Notes under the pieces: generated by a model | Told to the model about the DNA's origin: nothing | The model's database searches: none | What the model saw: only the letters and a program-made list of their open reading frames with translations | Shown here: in pieces, positions 36,457 to 37,437 of the stretch | Position numbering within the stretch: position 1 is the stretch's first letter | How the letters are laid out: the number at the start of each line of letters is the position of its first letter | Made by a program: the position numbers and the translations under genes | NCBI GenBank assembly: GCA_051866635.1 | Contig: JBJDXJ010000034.1 | Location: 1 to 37,437 of the forward strand | Length of the DNA: 37,437 nucleotides | Direction: 5' to 3' | Origin: Clostridia bacterium | Lineage (GTDB): Bacteria; Bacillota; Clostridia; UMGS1883

Positions 36457-36519
36457 AAAACGTACTCATTTTTTGTGAAAATGTATACTCTTTGTTTTTT
36501 GTGAAAATGTATACTCTTT
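36457..36519. promoter_or_regulatory. Candidate AraC operator 3 with an additional duplicated half site
   Basis: AAAACGTACTCATTTTTTGTG-AAAATGTATAC at 36457-36488; 25-mer TTTTTTGTGAAAATGTATACTCTTT exactly repeated at 36469 and 36495. Confidence 0.7.
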
Positions 36520-36522
36520 CAG

Positions 36523-36551
36523 TTGACAATTTCACTTAAAAATAATAAAAT
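36523..36551 (+). promoter_or_regulatory. sigmaA promoter of the AraC gene
   Basis: TTGACA-17 nt-TAAAAT, then GGAGGTG RBS. Confidence 0.8.
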
Positions 36552-36569
36552 TATATTGGAGGTGATACT

Positions 36570-37388
36570 ATGGCTTATTCTTCATACCATTCTTCCGATG
36601 TATCAAATAACGATTTTAATGTTGTTCAATACGGTTTTAGGGACTGTCTTCCAAATTTTTGCGTATATTACGAGTCCTGCCCAAACTATCTGTTTCATTA
36701 TGTGTATTCGGGCGAGGGGACTTTCTGCGTAAAAAACAAAACGGGGCACGTAAACAAATATAAACTTTCGGCAAATCAGGCATTTATCATATACCCCGGG
36801 CAAGAGGTCTGGTATTCCTCTGATAAAGATAACCCATTCTCCTACCGTTGGGTTGAATTTTTCGGCAATAAAGCACTTGATTTTCTCTCCTCGGCCCGTC
36901 TTACAAAAGAAAACCCCGTACACATTGCAACAGAACCTTATGATTGCGGAAGCATTTTAAAAGAAATCACTGACAGCGGTGTGTTATCCCCTATGCGTCT
37001 TACAGGGCTTTTCTGGGTGATGGCGGATTCATTGGCAAAAGACAATACCCGTTCCAATGATAATTTATCACTGCTTTTCAACAATGCACTTAAATATATC
37101 CACGAAAATATCAATAAGCAAACAACTGTTGAGGATGTGGCAAGATCAATAGGCGTGTCGAGAGGTTATCTTTCCAAAATTTTTTCAAAATTCATTGAAC
37201 AGTCACCCAAGCAATATATAACCGTCTATCATATAAATGAGGCAAAGTCACTTCTTTCAGGCACCACTTTAAGCGTGTCTGCTGTTTCCGAAAAAGTAGG
37301 CTATGAAAACTTGTCGGATTTTACCAGAACATTTAAAAAAGTAACAGGGCTTTCTCCCCGTAAATATAAAAAACAATATACGCAATAA
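36570..37388 (+). CDS. AraC family transcriptional regulator (MsmR/RafR-like cupin + double HTH)
   Basis: YLFHYVYSGEG...YRWVEF cupin; VEDVARSIGVSRGYLSKIF and VSEKVGYENLSDFTRTFKKVTGLSPRKY. Confidence 0.95.
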   Translation: MAYSSYHSSDVSNNDFNVVQYGFRDCLPNFCVYYESCPNYLFHYVYSGEGTFCVKNKTGHVNKYKLSANQAFIIYPGQEVWYSSDKDNPFSYRWVEFFGNKALDFLSSARLTKENPVHIATEPYDCGSILKEITDSGVLSPMRLTGLFWVMADSLAKDNTRSNDNLSLLFNNALKYIHENINKQTTVEDVARSIGVSRGYLSKIFSKFIEQSPKQYITVYHINEAKSLLSGTTLSVSAVSEKVGYENLSDFTRTFKKVTGLSPRKYKKQYTQ

Positions 37389-37392
37389 ATAT

Positions 37393-37417
37393 CCACCCGC
37401 AATAGCGGGTGGTATTT
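37393..37417 (+). terminator. Terminator after araC-family gene
   Basis: CCACCCGC-aata-GCGGGTGG followed by TATTT. Confidence 0.75.
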
Positions 37418-37437
37418 CATTTTCGGGTATAACCCTA

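Overview
Low-GC Clostridia-type (Oscillospiraceae/Monoglobales-like, inferred from sigmaA promoters, GGAGG RBSs and domain content) chromosomal window with three parts. (1) 339-5993: a very large secreted mosaic protein carrying a PI-PLC-type catalytic domain among carbohydrate-binding/Ig-like modules, preceded by a ~280-nt structured leader. (2) ~6.6-20.9 kb: a composite, partly decayed genomic island. It holds three copies of a tRNA-Ser-3'-end-like/hairpin repeat, an AAA14-DUF4143 ATPase, an HTH-Fic/HEPN gene pair, a large serine recombinase, a P4/D5-type SF3 helicase, an orphan 477-aa protein, a resolvase with its res site, a DUF960-amidoligase-class II glutamine amidotransferase operon, an excisionase-like HTH plus trypsin-like peptidase, and a three-way pseudogene mosaic. 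(3) 21-37.4 kb: a glycan (probably arabinogalactan/pectin side-chain) utilisation locus with a DUF5703/GH95-fold hydrolase, two GH43_24-like enzymes, a non-catalytic surface protein, a collapsed GH43 paralog and a divergent AraC regulator whose candidate 21-bp-periodic operators are visible upstream of three genes. Most notable: an unannotated 46-aa YxxP-leader peptide gene directly behind a surface protein whose ~250-aa C-terminal domain is shared with the PI-PLC protein, and att-like repeats whose differences are synonymous in one frame. No rRNA, intact tRNA or CRISPR array was seen. All family assignments are from motif recognition, not database searches.
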